Source: Candidatus Altimarinota bacterium (GTDB lineage Bacteria > Patescibacteriota > Gracilibacteria > UBA4473). Taken from it: a DNA stretch of 64,000 nt. Below are positions 29,409-39,264 of this stretch, piece by piece. Made by a program: the position numbers and the translations under genes. Location: positions 160,001-224,000 of the forward strand of contig OZ246423.1 of NCBI GenBank assembly GCA_965231215.1, in the 5' to 3' direction. Each line of letters begins with the position of its first letter. Position 1 is the first letter of the stretch. The notes beneath the pieces were generated by a model that did not search any database, was not told where the DNA came from, and was given only the letters and a program-made list of their open reading frames with translations.

Positions 29409-30524
29409 TCACTCAGCTATTACTTTTACATTTTCTAAAACCTCATCTCCTAACTTTTTTGCTACTTCCACACTTTCGGCACAAATCGTGACATGCCCCA
29501 TTTTCCGTCCGGGTTTAGTCCTATTTTTTTCATACCAGTGTAGATAAATTCCTTCTCGCTCTAAAATTCCATTGGAATCTACCAACTTAGAAGTTCCTGT
29601 ATATCCATCCTCTCCCAACAAATTCACCATAACGCTGGGGGAAACCATTTTAATTTCAGGCAAATCGAGTCCCATAACCGCTCTAATATGAACCTCAAAT
29701 TGACTACACGTAAGTCCTTCAATTGTAAGGTGTCCACTATTGTGTACTCGTGGAGCCGCTTCATTAATCAACACCTCTCCACTTTTAGTTACAAAAAATT
29801 CAACCGCTAAGACACCTACCATTTTGAGTTTTTCAGTTAGTAATTTAGCTATTGATTCACACTTTGCCTCAATAGATAATGCCAATCCACTGCGCATTTT
29901 TACGTATTTAACCAAATTAAGTTCGGGGGAGAATTCCATATCGACTGGAGGAAATACCCGAACTTCACCCTGTTCATTCCGAACCACAATGACTCCAATT
30001 TCTTTATCAATATCCACCATATCTTCCAAAACTGATGGCGTCGTAAAAGCTTTTTCTAAATCCGATTTAGATTTCAAAACCTGTACCCCTTTTCCGTCAT
30101 ACCCTCCAGTTCTCACCTTTTGAACCATTGGAAACTGATCAATTTCAGATACATCCTCAATCAAACAAAAGTTAGAACTAGGCAAACCGTGGTCAGCGTA
30201 AAACTGTTTTTGTAGTCCCTTGTCTTGAATGGTTCGAAGCACCTTTGAAGACGGAAAAACCTTTATCCCTTGAGTCTCTAAATATTCTAGAGCCTCTACA
30301 TTTACATGTTCAATTTCAACCGTGAGTCGATCAACCTTTTGGGCAAAATCAATAACGGTTTGGTAGTCTTTAAAATCACCTTCTATAACACGCCCACCAG
30401 CCACAGCACTGCTACACTCAGGATTTGGATCCAGGAAAAGCAGATCAATCCCTAATCTTTCAGCCGCCTCCATCATCATGAGCCCTAACTGTCCACCCCC
30501 AAGAATTCCTAATGTTTTAGACAT
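29409..30524 (-). CDS. purK: N5-CAIR synthetase
   Basis: GILGGGQLG, EIEHV, GGYDGKG, NEAAPRVHNSGH, KPGRKMGHVT; adjacent to purE. Confidence 0.96.
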   Translation of the reverse strand: MSKTLGILGGGQLGLMMMEAAERLGIDLLFLDPNPECSSAVAGGRVIEGDFKDYQTVIDFAQKVDRLTVEIEHVNVEALEYLETQGIKVFPSSKVLRTIQDKGLQKQFYADHGLPSSNFCLIEDVSEIDQFPMVQKVRTGGYDGKGVQVLKSKSDLEKAFTTPSVLEDMVDIDKEIGVIVVRNEQGEVRVFPPVDMEFSPELNLVKYVKMRSGLALSIEAKCESIAKLLTEKLKMVGVLAVEFFVTKSGEVLINEAAPRVHNSGHLTIEGLTCSQFEVHIRAVMGLDLPEIKMVSPSVMVNLLGEDGYTGTSKLVDSNGILEREGIYLHWYEKNRTKPGRKMGHVTICAESVEVAKKLGDEVLENVKVIAE

Positions 30525-31494
30525 ATTGATCACGTATTAAATCACTACTCGTTTCTTTAATGCAAGAAACCTCTAAATTATCTACTAAATTTTGGATTCC
30601 TTCTTGGAGTTCAATTTTGGGATCAAATCCTAATTCGTCAACAATAAGAGAAATATCAGCATGTTGCCCTCTCACATATCCTTCCTTTACCGGATTTGGA
30701 ATATAAAGAGGTTCAATATTTTTTCCTAAAGCGTTGTTAAGAGCTGCAAAAATATCATTAAAAGAAGTGCCATTACCTCTTCCAATATTATAAACCTTAT
30801 TCCCAAACCCTTCTGGAGTGTTGATAGCAAGCCCTATAGCCTGAACAATATCACGAACCTCTGTAAAATCTCTGAACTGATTTCCATCCCCGTAAATAAC
30901 TGGAGGCAAATCCCGGGCAATGTCCCATAAAAATTGAGAAATCATATTAGCAAATTGGCCTTTGGCTTCTTCATTAGGCCCATACACCGACATAAACCGA
31001 AACCCAAACGTATCCATTTCTGGGTAGACTTTGTTATAACACGCCGCACAATGTTCATAACAAAATTTAGTCGCCGCATAGTGATTCAACGGTGTAACCT
31101 GCTGATCTTCAACGAGTGGTAAAGGATTGTTCCCATAAAGTGAAGACGTTGAGGCGTAAATAAATTTTTTAGCTCCAGATAATCGCGCAAACTCAATAGT
31201 ACGCACAAAACTTTCAACCGAATTCACATATCCATCCGCGAACCCTTTGCCCATAAACATCGGAGCAGAGCTCGTTCCCGCAAAGTGGATCACTATGTCA
31301 AAATGGCTTCCACATTTCTCCAAATCTTCAATCTTACAAGCATCACCCTCAATAAACGCTATTCCCTCTTTTAGGTTTTCAGGCGTTCCTAAAAACAAAT
31401 TGTCTAAAGCGACAATTTCATACTGGTCTTTATTAAGATTACAAAAATTTGAACCAATAAAACCAGCTCCGCCAGTAACTAAAATTTTTTTCAT
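30517..31494 (-). CDS. NAD-dependent epimerase/dehydratase (extended SDR)
   Basis: TGGAGFIG, ASTSSLYG, YAATK, R...VYGP, RDF; start at ATG 31494. Confidence 0.92.
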   Translation of the reverse strand: MKKILVTGGAGFIGSNFCNLNKDQYEIVALDNLFLGTPENLKEGIAFIEGDACKIEDLEKCGSHFDIVIHFAGTSSAPMFMGKGFADGYVNSVESFVRTIEFARLSGAKKFIYASTSSLYGNNPLPLVEDQQVTPLNHYAATKFCYEHCAACYNKVYPEMDTFGFRFMSVYGPNEEAKGQFANMISQFLWDIARDLPPVIYGDGNQFRDFTEVRDIVQAIGLAINTPEGFGNKVYNIGRGNGTSFNDIFAALNNALGKNIEPLYIPNPVKEGYVRGQHADISLIVDELGFDPKIELQEGIQNLVDNLEVSCIKETSSDLIRDQYV

Positions 31495-31703
31495 CACCAA
31501 TATTAAACTGATTATTTGGGCCAAGGCAAAGTTTCTCCTACCTGTTCCCCTTCAAAACACTCACTTAAACCTATGGCTAAATAGTTAGCTGTTTTGGTTT
31601 CTATCTTCAAACGAATTCTTTCTGTACCGAGACAAGACCGCTCCTTCAAAATTACCTATATACTTGATATCTACTCCTCCTTTTGGAACTGCCTAAATTT
31701 GAA

Positions 31704-32159
31704 CTATTTCTTCGCTCCCTTCTTTACCGTTTTGGTGGCTGTTTTTTTAGCCACTGACACTTTTTTGGGAGTTGTTTTTTTTACTGCTTTTACTTTTTTG
31801 GTAGCGGTTTTTTTGAGTTTATCAGCTGTTTTTTTGGCTTCTTTAGCCATTTCTTCAAGACGCTTTGTAGCGGCCGCCCTTGCCTCATCACTCATATCTT
31901 TGGCATGCGTGGTTACTGCTTCAAAATTTTCTTTTCCCACAGACATAAGCTGTTTAATTTCTTCCGAATTTTGAGCCCAATCAAATACGGTATCACGTGC
32001 TTCCTTATCTACTTTTATGCCTTCATCAAAAAGCGTTTTCCAGGGATTTTTTGATTTAGTAAGCTCCTTCCGAAGTGACTTCCCGCTCCGCTGAGCAAAA
32101 AGCATTCCATAAAGAGCTCCAATAGTAAGACCGAATAAAAGTTTAAATAAACCTCGCAT
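31704..32159 (-). CDS. YtxH-like protein with Lys/Ala/Thr-rich C-terminal tail
   Basis: LLFGLTIGALYGMLFAQRSGKSLRK (YtxH GxxxGAxxGLLxAPxSGxxxR pattern), coiled coil, histone H1-like tail. Confidence 0.75.
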   Translation of the reverse strand: MRGLFKLLFGLTIGALYGMLFAQRSGKSLRKELTKSKNPWKTLFDEGIKVDKEARDTVFDWAQNSEEIKQLMSVGKENFEAVTTHAKDMSDEARAAATKRLEEMAKEAKKTADKLKKTATKKVKAVKKTTPKKVSVAKKTATKTVKKGAKK

Positions 32160-32306
32160 ATAAAAATTATTAAGTTCGATATTTTTTTAGCTACTTCCAG
32201 GAGTTTTTGCAAACCTTTTCCTTGATTTTTTTGTAAAAAAAGCATAATTGATACACCTTATAAAAATTTTTGAAACTCAAACAATTACAAAGCCTTATTT
32301 AATATT

Positions 32307-33620
32307 ATGCCAAAATTCTTCAAAGCTCCCGCTGGAACCGTAGATTTCTTACCTGACTATCACGACTATTTTACTTTTGTAAAAAAAGTGATTCGTCATC
32401 GATTTAGGCAATCCGGTTTTCGTAGAATTTCGCCTCCCATGTTTGAAGAAACAGAAGCTTTTTTACGATCCCTTGGAGAAACCAACGAAATTACAGCTCG
32501 AGAACTATACAGCTTTAAAGATCGACAAGATCGTGAATATACACTCCGACCAGAAATTACGACCGGTATTGTTCGATCTTTTATTGAACATGAGATGAAA
32601 GAAGAAGCTCTACCAGTAGAGCTTTATTATATTGAACCGTGTTTTCGGTTCGAGCGTCCAAATTCTAGAACTCGCAGACAATTCTGGCAGTTTGGAGTAG
32701 AAGTTTTGGGAGAAACCGATTCTTCCATTGATGCCCAAATTATGTACCTAGGGCATCGAATTCTTTCTGATTTGAAAATCAAAGACATCTGTGAATTACG
32801 GATCAATACTATTGGAGGCCCAGAAGATAGAAAGAAGTTTTTTGAGGCCCTAGAAAACTTTTATAGCGGCAAGGAACGGAGTCTCAGTCCAGAATCAAAA
32901 GAAAAACTCGCACAAAAAAAATATCTAGAGCTTCTAGACCCACGGACTGAAGATGAAGAAATATTAGTACAAATGGCTCCTAAAATTACGGACTTCCTTT
33001 CAGATGAATCCCGAATGTTTTTTCAACAAACTTTAGAATATCTAAACAGTTTTGGAATTGAATACCAAATTGACCATTCCCTCACTCGACCACTGGATTA
33101 CTACACTCAAACTGTATTTGAATTCCGTGAAAAAGATACGCGCAATAAAGTACTCGTTGGAGGACGATACGATGGACTCATTGAAAAAATGGGCGGCCCC
33201 AACCTTGGGGGGGCCGGATTTGCGGCTGGAGTAGACAGAGTCATTAAATTAATGAAACAGCAAGGGGTAGACGTCCCACGCAAAGATACACTGCAGATCT
33301 TTTTGGCCGCAACAGGGCCGGTAGCCAAAACTTATGCCCTACCTATTTTGGTAAAACTACGTGAACACGGATATCATGCTGTAGGGGTTTTGGGGAAAAC
33401 CTCTATGCAAGAACAACTCAAAAGGGCCCAGCATTTTGGAGTGCCTTATACCTTGCTTATGGGAGATTTAGAAATAAAGAAAAAACAAATCATCGTTCGA
33501 AATATGGAAACAGGGAAACAAGAATGGGTGGATCAAGATACAATTTTGCCACACATGGACAAACTTTTAGGCGCCCCCAAAAACCTAGACACGACAACCG
33601 ATTTCCTAGGGCATCAATAG
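32307..33620 (+). CDS. hisS: Histidine--tRNA ligase
   Basis: GTVDFLP, LRPEIT, FRFERP, RQFWQ.G.E, LDYYT..VFE, GGRYDGL, anticodon-binding domain. Confidence 0.94.
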   Translation: MPKFFKAPAGTVDFLPDYHDYFTFVKKVIRHRFRQSGFRRISPPMFEETEAFLRSLGETNEITARELYSFKDRQDREYTLRPEITTGIVRSFIEHEMKEEALPVELYYIEPCFRFERPNSRTRRQFWQFGVEVLGETDSSIDAQIMYLGHRILSDLKIKDICELRINTIGGPEDRKKFFEALENFYSGKERSLSPESKEKLAQKKYLELLDPRTEDEEILVQMAPKITDFLSDESRMFFQQTLEYLNSFGIEYQIDHSLTRPLDYYTQTVFEFREKDTRNKVLVGGRYDGLIEKMGGPNLGGAGFAAGVDRVIKLMKQQGVDVPRKDTLQIFLAATGPVAKTYALPILVKLREHGYHAVGVLGKTSMQEQLKRAQHFGVPYTLLMGDLEIKKKQIIVRNMETGKQEWVDQDTILPHMDKLLGAPKNLDTTTDFLGHQ

Positions 33621-33786
33621 AGCACAGAGGGAAAGATTTTTCCTTACAAAACCTGCTTTTAAAATAAAATTTTTAAATTTAGGGAACCCACAAGACCCTA
33701 AAATAAAAAATGAAATCAAAATATTTATTTTGTTTTTTGTCTTGGCACTAACAAGTGAGCAAACTATCATACTAGCAGATTAAAAA

Positions 33787-34392
33787 ATGCAGACTCTACC
33801 TCAAAGTATACAAAGCGCTATTGATGCTCTTTCTGACCTTCCAGGGATTGGAAGTAGAAGTGCCGAAAGGCTCGTTTTTACCCTCCTCCAAAATGACTCT
33901 GCACTAGACCAAAAACTCGCTCGAGCCTTTGGGAATTTGAAATTAAACCTAAATGAATGCTCAATCTCTTACAATTACTGCGAAGGCAAAAACTGCCCTC
34001 TAGCCACACATCCCAATAGAGATGACAAAGTGATCTGCGTAGTTGAGACCCCTATGGATCTACTCGCTATTGAAAGAACCCAAGAGTTTAAAGGTCGTTA
34101 TCACGTCTTACACGGAGTTATTTCTCCTATGAACAAAGTAAGGCCAGAACAATTACGAATTAACCAACTCATCGAACGTGTAGAAACCTCAGACACCATT
34201 GAAGAAGTCGTTTTAGCCATGTCAGGAAACGTAGAAGGTGATGCAACCGCTTTTTATATCACCGAGAAACTTCAACATAATTTTAATGGCAAAGTTACTC
34301 GCCTAGCACGAGGCATTCCTACTGGTGGAGACTTAGACTACCTCGATGCTGGCACTCTCAGCAGAGCCTTGATCGATAGAAGAGAATTTTGA
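33787..34392 (+). CDS. recR: Recombination mediator RecR
   Basis: LPGIGSRSAERL HhH, ICVVE, YHVLHG.ISP, EGDATA, RLARGIP.GG.L.Y.D..TL..A...R. Confidence 0.96.
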   Translation: MQTLPQSIQSAIDALSDLPGIGSRSAERLVFTLLQNDSALDQKLARAFGNLKLNLNECSISYNYCEGKNCPLATHPNRDDKVICVVETPMDLLAIERTQEFKGRYHVLHGVISPMNKVRPEQLRINQLIERVETSDTIEEVVLAMSGNVEGDATAFYITEKLQHNFNGKVTRLARGIPTGGDLDYLDAGTLSRALIDRREF

Positions 34393-34400
34393 AAAAATAA

Positions 34401-35165
34401 ATGAGCTATACTGAGCGCCGAACTAAAGAAAAAGACCTAGGCCTCCATGGTATTATATTCGGGAAAAGAGCCTTAGAGTTTGACGGTATTTTGACGGAAA
34501 TCCCAACCGTCGCACAAATTCAAAAATTAGAAAAAATACTGAGTCAAATACGCGGAAGCTCAGTCACTATAAAAAATATAATGTACGACCAGGATGGCAC
34601 TCTTGGTGGAGCCAAAGAAGGCATATCTGAAGAAAGTAAAAAAAGAATTAATGAACAAAAAAAAGCGGGTCTCAATGTTGCCATCCTAACCAATGACCCA
34701 AGCGAAAGTAAAAAAGCACAATGCCAAAAACTTAATATCCCCCTCTGGGGAAATCCACAATTTCCCAAACCTCATCCAAAAGCTTTTTTAATACCTTTGG
34801 AAGAAATGAAATGGGAGCCTGCTCAAACACTGTTTATCGGGGATACTCCTGCTACAGATAAACCTCTAACCCAAAGCGCAAAAGAATTTAAAAAAATACT
34901 GATTCTAAAATCTATCCTCATTCACGGATGGACTACACCAAAAAAATCTAAACTTAATCTCATTTCCCTTCCTACAGAAGATCTTCACCCCAATAGGGAT
35001 AAAGAAATGATGGGCACTAACTTTTTGATCTACCCACAACCAACAACACTAAAGTTCTATCAAAAACCCAAAAGACATATTCACCGAAGATTTATAAATA
35101 CTGGATTGTATTATTTCTTAAAAAAACGATCTAAGTTTATTACAACCAAACACCTAATCCCTTAA
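34401..35165 (+). CDS. HAD-superfamily phosphatase (YqeG/IIIA-like)
   Basis: DQDGTL motif I, LTN motif II, KPHP motif III, FIGD...TD motif IV. Confidence 0.75.
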   Translation: MSYTERRTKEKDLGLHGIIFGKRALEFDGILTEIPTVAQIQKLEKILSQIRGSSVTIKNIMYDQDGTLGGAKEGISEESKKRINEQKKAGLNVAILTNDPSESKKAQCQKLNIPLWGNPQFPKPHPKAFLIPLEEMKWEPAQTLFIGDTPATDKPLTQSAKEFKKILILKSILIHGWTTPKKSKLNLISLPTEDLHPNRDKEMMGTNFLIYPQPTTLKFYQKPKRHIHRRFINTGLYYFLKKRSKFITTKHLIP

Positions 35166-35539
35166 CTCTTCATACAAAAAACACTAAGCTTATTACCATC
35201 TAAGTCACGAAAATAAGCTTCGTAAAACATTTCGCTTCTTGCCCCTGGTTCTCCTTCATCTAAAGCTCCAAGTTCAATCGCTTTGGCATAAACGGCTTTT
35301 ACCTGCTCTTCATCTTTACACTGCAATCCCATCATCGTTCCATTGCCTACTGTGGCAGGCTCCTCATTAAAAGGCGTCCCAATTGAAAAACCAACTTGAT
35401 CCCAATTGCCTCCTTTAGACCAAGCTATTCCCTGTGGATTTTCCATAAGCCTTTTCCCCTCCAACATTTCTAAAATTTCATCATAAAAAGACGCCGCTTT
35501 TTCCAAGTCATTAGTACCAAGCATAACATATCCAATCAT
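35162..35539 (-). CDS. VOC/glyoxalase family protein
   Basis: MIGYVMLGTNDLEKA..FYD, PFNEEPATVGNGTM, DEGEPGAR, AYFRDLDGNKL. Confidence 0.92.
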   Translation of the reverse strand: MIGYVMLGTNDLEKAASFYDEILEMLEGKRLMENPQGIAWSKGGNWDQVGFSIGTPFNEEPATVGNGTMMGLQCKDEEQVKAVYAKAIELGALDEGEPGARSEMFYEAYFRDLDGNKLSVFCMKS

Positions 35540-35609
35540 TATAAAAAGGGTTAAAAAATATATCTGAAACTACGCCCTTAAAGAAAGAAAATCAAAAAAA
35601 TTTATAAAT

Positions 35610-36443
35610 CTATATTTTCCCTAACCAGGCCTTTTTCCAACACCGCCACCAGTAGACTCTTTTAATAAAACTAAAGGGAGCCACAACAAAAATAAATATT
35701 TGGAGTTGCCATTTTTTTAATCCTTTTGGTAGGATTTCTATCTCTGGGTGAAGCCGTTCAAAAGTAAGCGCATTGCTGCGTGCTTGCCTGGTTTGAGCCA
35801 TCATTTTTTCCAGCGTTTGCCTGTGATCATGAAAAACTTCTACCAGTTTATCATAATGGATCTGCATACCCTTTTTTTCTAATCGATATCCCAATTCACT
35901 ATCCTCAAATCCCCATCCATAAAATTTTTCACTAAACCGTTGTTCTCCAATAAGTTCACGTTTAAGCGAAATATTTGAAGTATAAAAATGATGCCAGTCT
36001 GGTGTTTTTCCTTTATCTAAGTTTTTAAAATCAAACTGCGCGTGAGACTCAAGCCATACATGAAATGGGTCTTTAATTAAATCTTCTGTCCAATGAATTC
36101 GTCCAAGCAACGCTTGATTTTTATTACTATTTTCTGAATGAAAAATATGAATTTTCTGTAACCAGTTTTTATCCGGAAAGGTATCATCTCCTATAAAAAC
36201 AATCACATCCCCTATAGATTTTTCTATACCAAAATTACGCGTACCGCTAACTCCCACTTTTTCACCTGTTTCTAAAATTTTCACATTATCATGTTCAATT
36301 ACAAAGTTAGATGACTGCCTTCCGTCAAAAACAACTAAAATTTCTGGGTTAATTTGATCAAATTTTTTATTCAAAAAAAGAGCCTCCAATACGCCTCCCA
36401 AAGTGCGGCGTCCAACGGTAGGAATGATGATAGAAATTTTCAT
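35610..36443 (-). CDS. Glycosyltransferase family 2
   Basis: SIIIPT, RNFGI, FIGDD, GWGFEDSELGYRL. Confidence 0.9.
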   Translation of the reverse strand: MKISIIIPTVGRRTLGGVLEALFLNKKFDQINPEILVVFDGRQSSNFVIEHDNVKILETGEKVGVSGTRNFGIEKSIGDVIVFIGDDTFPDKNWLQKIHIFHSENSNKNQALLGRIHWTEDLIKDPFHVWLESHAQFDFKNLDKGKTPDWHHFYTSNISLKRELIGEQRFSEKFYGWGFEDSELGYRLEKKGMQIHYDKLVEVFHDHRQTLEKMMAQTRQARSNALTFERLHPEIEILPKGLKKWQLQIFIFVVAPFSFIKRVYWWRCWKKAWLGKI

Positions 36444-36572
36444 ATCTTTTTTTCTATTTAGTTTTTAAAAATGTTTTTAGCCCAGGAGATCAAAAAAATT
36501 TTAATGAAACGTAGTATTTTTTACGACAAATAAATTTTTTTGCAACTGACAAAACATAAGTCATTTTTGGAG

Positions 36573-37586
36573 CTAAATTATGTTTACTTCTCGCTCTAGG
36601 GTAATCCCAAACCGATCCTTCACCTCATTTATAATCAATTCTGAAATCTCATAAATTTCTTTTCCTGTAGCACCATTATGGTTTACCAATACCAAAGCTT
36701 GATCTTTATGCACTCCACAATTACCAAAAGTCTTTCCCTTAAAACCTGAAATTTCAATCAACCACCCAGCAGGAATTTTTACATCAAATGGACCCATTTT
36801 GTAAAACGGCATGTCTGGGTATTTTTTAGCTATGGCTTCTTGTATAGATTTTTTTACAATAGGGTTTTTAAAAAAACTTCCTGCATTACCTATTACTTTT
36901 GGATCTGGTAACTTTGATTGCCGAATATCAATAACGGCATTGCTTACATCTTGTATGGTAGGATGCTCAATATTTTTATCAGCTAAGACTTTTTTGATTA
37001 CTCCATATTCTAAGTTGAGTTTTGGGTTTTTAGACAGTTTATAAGTCACAGAAATAATAATCCATTTCCCTTTTTCTTTCCCTTTAAAAATAGAATCTCT
37101 GTAGCCAAATTGGCAGGCTTCTAAACTAAACTTTTTGATATTACCCGTAGCAATTTCTAGGGCTTCCAAAGACTCAAAACAGTGCACCTGCTCTACCCCA
37201 TAAGCGCCAATATTTTGCAGCGGGGCAGCCCCTACCGATCCGGGAATTAGTGAAAGGTTTTCTAATCCTCCCCAACCATTTTCAACCGTCCATAGAACTA
37301 ACTCATGCCATAATTCACCAGACATAGCTTTAATCAACACAAAGTTATCTGTTTGTTTTTCCCGAGTTATTCCCTCCATAGAATTTTTGATAACCAGACC
37401 TGGAAAATCCTTTGTAAAAAGCACATTACTCCCCCCCCCTAAAACCATAAGAGGCATCGTTTTATCTTGATACCAAAAAATAACTTCTTGAAGTGTCTTT
37501 AGATTTTTCACCTCAACAAAAAATTCTGCTTTAGCCTCAACCCCGAAGGTATTAAGTTTGTTTAACGAAACATTTTTCTGAATCAT
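36573..37586 (-). CDS. murB: UDP-N-acetylenolpyruvoylglucosamine reductase
   Basis: NTFG, GGGSN, GLENLSLIPGSVGAAPLQNIGAYG, FGYRDSIFK, GNAGSFFKNP, QALVLVN, LEREV. Confidence 0.97.
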   Translation of the reverse strand: MIQKNVSLNKLNTFGVEAKAEFFVEVKNLKTLQEVIFWYQDKTMPLMVLGGGSNVLFTKDFPGLVIKNSMEGITREKQTDNFVLIKAMSGELWHELVLWTVENGWGGLENLSLIPGSVGAAPLQNIGAYGVEQVHCFESLEALEIATGNIKKFSLEACQFGYRDSIFKGKEKGKWIIISVTYKLSKNPKLNLEYGVIKKVLADKNIEHPTIQDVSNAVIDIRQSKLPDPKVIGNAGSFFKNPIVKKSIQEAIAKKYPDMPFYKMGPFDVKIPAGWLIEISGFKGKTFGNCGVHKDQALVLVNHNGATGKEIYEISELIINEVKDRFGITLEREVNII

Positions 37587-37622
37587 GGTAGGATTACTCT
37601 ATCACTCTTCGTACTTTTGTCA

Positions 37623-38528
37623 CTACATCAACTCCAAAAGCGCGACTCCTACAAACATAATTAAAATACCAATAAGTTTTTGGAATATAACTTCTTTGTG
37701 AACTGATTCCTTCACCATATGAGGAAAAAACCAGGTCATAAATAACCCGATCGAAAAAACAAAAAAGCCTTGAGATCCTCCAATGGCGCCTACCAAGGCG
37801 ACCGGTGCTAAAGCTAAAGCCCATAAATAAAAAGCAAAAGCTATGAAAGAAATAAAATCATTAAACATAAACAATGGAAAAACTGGGCGAAAAGTTTTTT
37901 TAAAACTTCCAAATAACCCTTTCTTCCACAAACATAAAACAAAAAGTAAACAAGAAGCTGTTTGTCCTAAAAGTTGCCAAGCATATAAAGTCCAAAAAGC
38001 ATTAGGAAAGATCTGATGCACATACTTGAAACTTACAAATACAATAGCTACAAAAAAAGTAGAAATCAGCATCATAAAAAATACAGGCCTCAATGCAAAA
38101 ATAGAAAGTGAAAGTTTTTCAGTAGAAAGTATCAACCCTCCAAAAAGAATAATAATAAAGGCCCAAAGGTCACTTCCTACCAAAATTTCTCCTAAAAAAA
38201 CATAAGCCAAAACCGCTCCCCAAACAGGGCTAAAGTTAAATAAAGGCACCACAAAAGAAGCTTCCTCAATCTTAAGAGATTTTAAATAAAACCACATCAT
38301 AAAGGAGAACGTCCCTCCACCTAAAAAGACAATACTTACATAAAACCAAGGCAAAGTATACAGCCCTCCTAAATAGATCCAAATCCCTATGGCAAAAATC
38401 AAGGAACCTAATCCACTAAAAATATAATACAGTCCCATTGAGGGAATTTTTTTTTCAGTGATCTCTTTATCAATAAAGTTAACAATGGCCCAAATAAACG
38501 AAGCCAATAATGTAAAAATAATCCACAT
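37623..38528 (-). CDS. EamA/DMT family transporter
   Basis: 10 TM in two repeats; LAYVFLGE, F..KES; start at ATG 38528. Confidence 0.85.
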   Translation of the reverse strand: MWIIFTLLASFIWAIVNFIDKEITEKKIPSMGLYYIFSGLGSLIFAIGIWIYLGGLYTLPWFYVSIVFLGGGTFSFMMWFYLKSLKIEEASFVVPLFNFSPVWGAVLAYVFLGEILVGSDLWAFIIILFGGLILSTEKLSLSIFALRPVFFMMLISTFFVAIVFVSFKYVHQIFPNAFWTLYAWQLLGQTASCLLFVLCLWKKGLFGSFKKTFRPVFPLFMFNDFISFIAFAFYLWALALAPVALVGAIGGSQGFFVFSIGLFMTWFFPHMVKESVHKEVIFQKLIGILIMFVGVALLELM

Positions 38529-38542
38529 CAGATTAAGTCTAC

Positions 38543-39109
38543 CTAATTCTGGGAATAACAGAAGCAATCAGTCGTATGATCATTCACCATTCCCACCGCC
38601 TGCATATAAGCATAAACAATAGTAGTGCCAACAAATTTTAGACCTCGTTTTTTGAAGTCCTTTGAAAGAGTATCAGAAAGGTCAGTAGAAGTCGGCACCT
38701 CTGATATTTTTTCCCATTTATTTTTGATAGGCTTGTGATCTACAAAACCCCAAAAGTAATTGGAAAAAGAACCAAACTCTTTTTGAATTTTAAGAAAAGC
38801 TTGAGCATTAGTCCGAACCGAAAATACTTTAAGGCGATTACGAATAATTCCAGGATTTTCTAAAATTTTTTCTAACTTTGTATCTGAATAAGTAGCTATT
38901 TTTTGGGGGTTAAAATTATCAAATAGCATTTTATACGCTGCCCGTTTTTGTAAAACAGTTATCCAACTAAGCCCTGCCTGAGCCCCTTCAAGGCATAGCA
39001 TTTCAAAAAGATACCGGTCATCATCAAAAACCGGTATCCCCCATTCATGATCGTGGTAATCTTGATAAATTTTTTTATCGCCCACCCAAGCACAACGAAC
39101 TTTAGTCAT
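38543..39109 (-). CDS. tag: DNA-3-methyladenine glycosylase I
   Basis: RCAW, YHDHEWG, LFE.L.LEGAQAGLSWITVL, IIRNRLK, GLKFVG.T, VNDH...C; start at ATG 39109. Confidence 0.96.
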   Translation of the reverse strand: MTKVRCAWVGDKKIYQDYHDHEWGIPVFDDDRYLFEMLCLEGAQAGLSWITVLQKRAAYKMLFDNFNPQKIATYSDTKLEKILENPGIIRNRLKVFSVRTNAQAFLKIQKEFGSFSNYFWGFVDHKPIKNKWEKISEVPTSTDLSDTLSKDFKKRGLKFVGTTIVYAYMQAVGMVNDHTTDCFCYSQN

Positions 39110-39177
39110 GTCTAAACTATAAGTTATAAAATCTGAAAGTGATAGAAAATTTGAAAGTTCGAGACAAAACATAAGTT

Positions 39178-39217
39178 CCTGCAAAAGCCGTACTTTTGTT
39201 TGTACGGCGTTGCAAGG
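39178..39217 (-). terminator. Hairpin / probable terminator after 39265..40233 gene
   Basis: Minus strand GCCGTAC-AAACAAAA-GTACGGC-TTTT, extendable by TGCAA/TTGCA. Confidence 0.6.
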
Positions 39218-39264
39218 TTTCGTTCTTTAACAAGGAAATTTCAAATTTTAAATACTTTCCTCAA

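Noticed and set aside
31594-32245. 126-aa plus-strand and 76-aa minus-strand ORFs
   Set aside because: Antisense or alternate-frame shadows of the Lys-rich YtxH-like gene.
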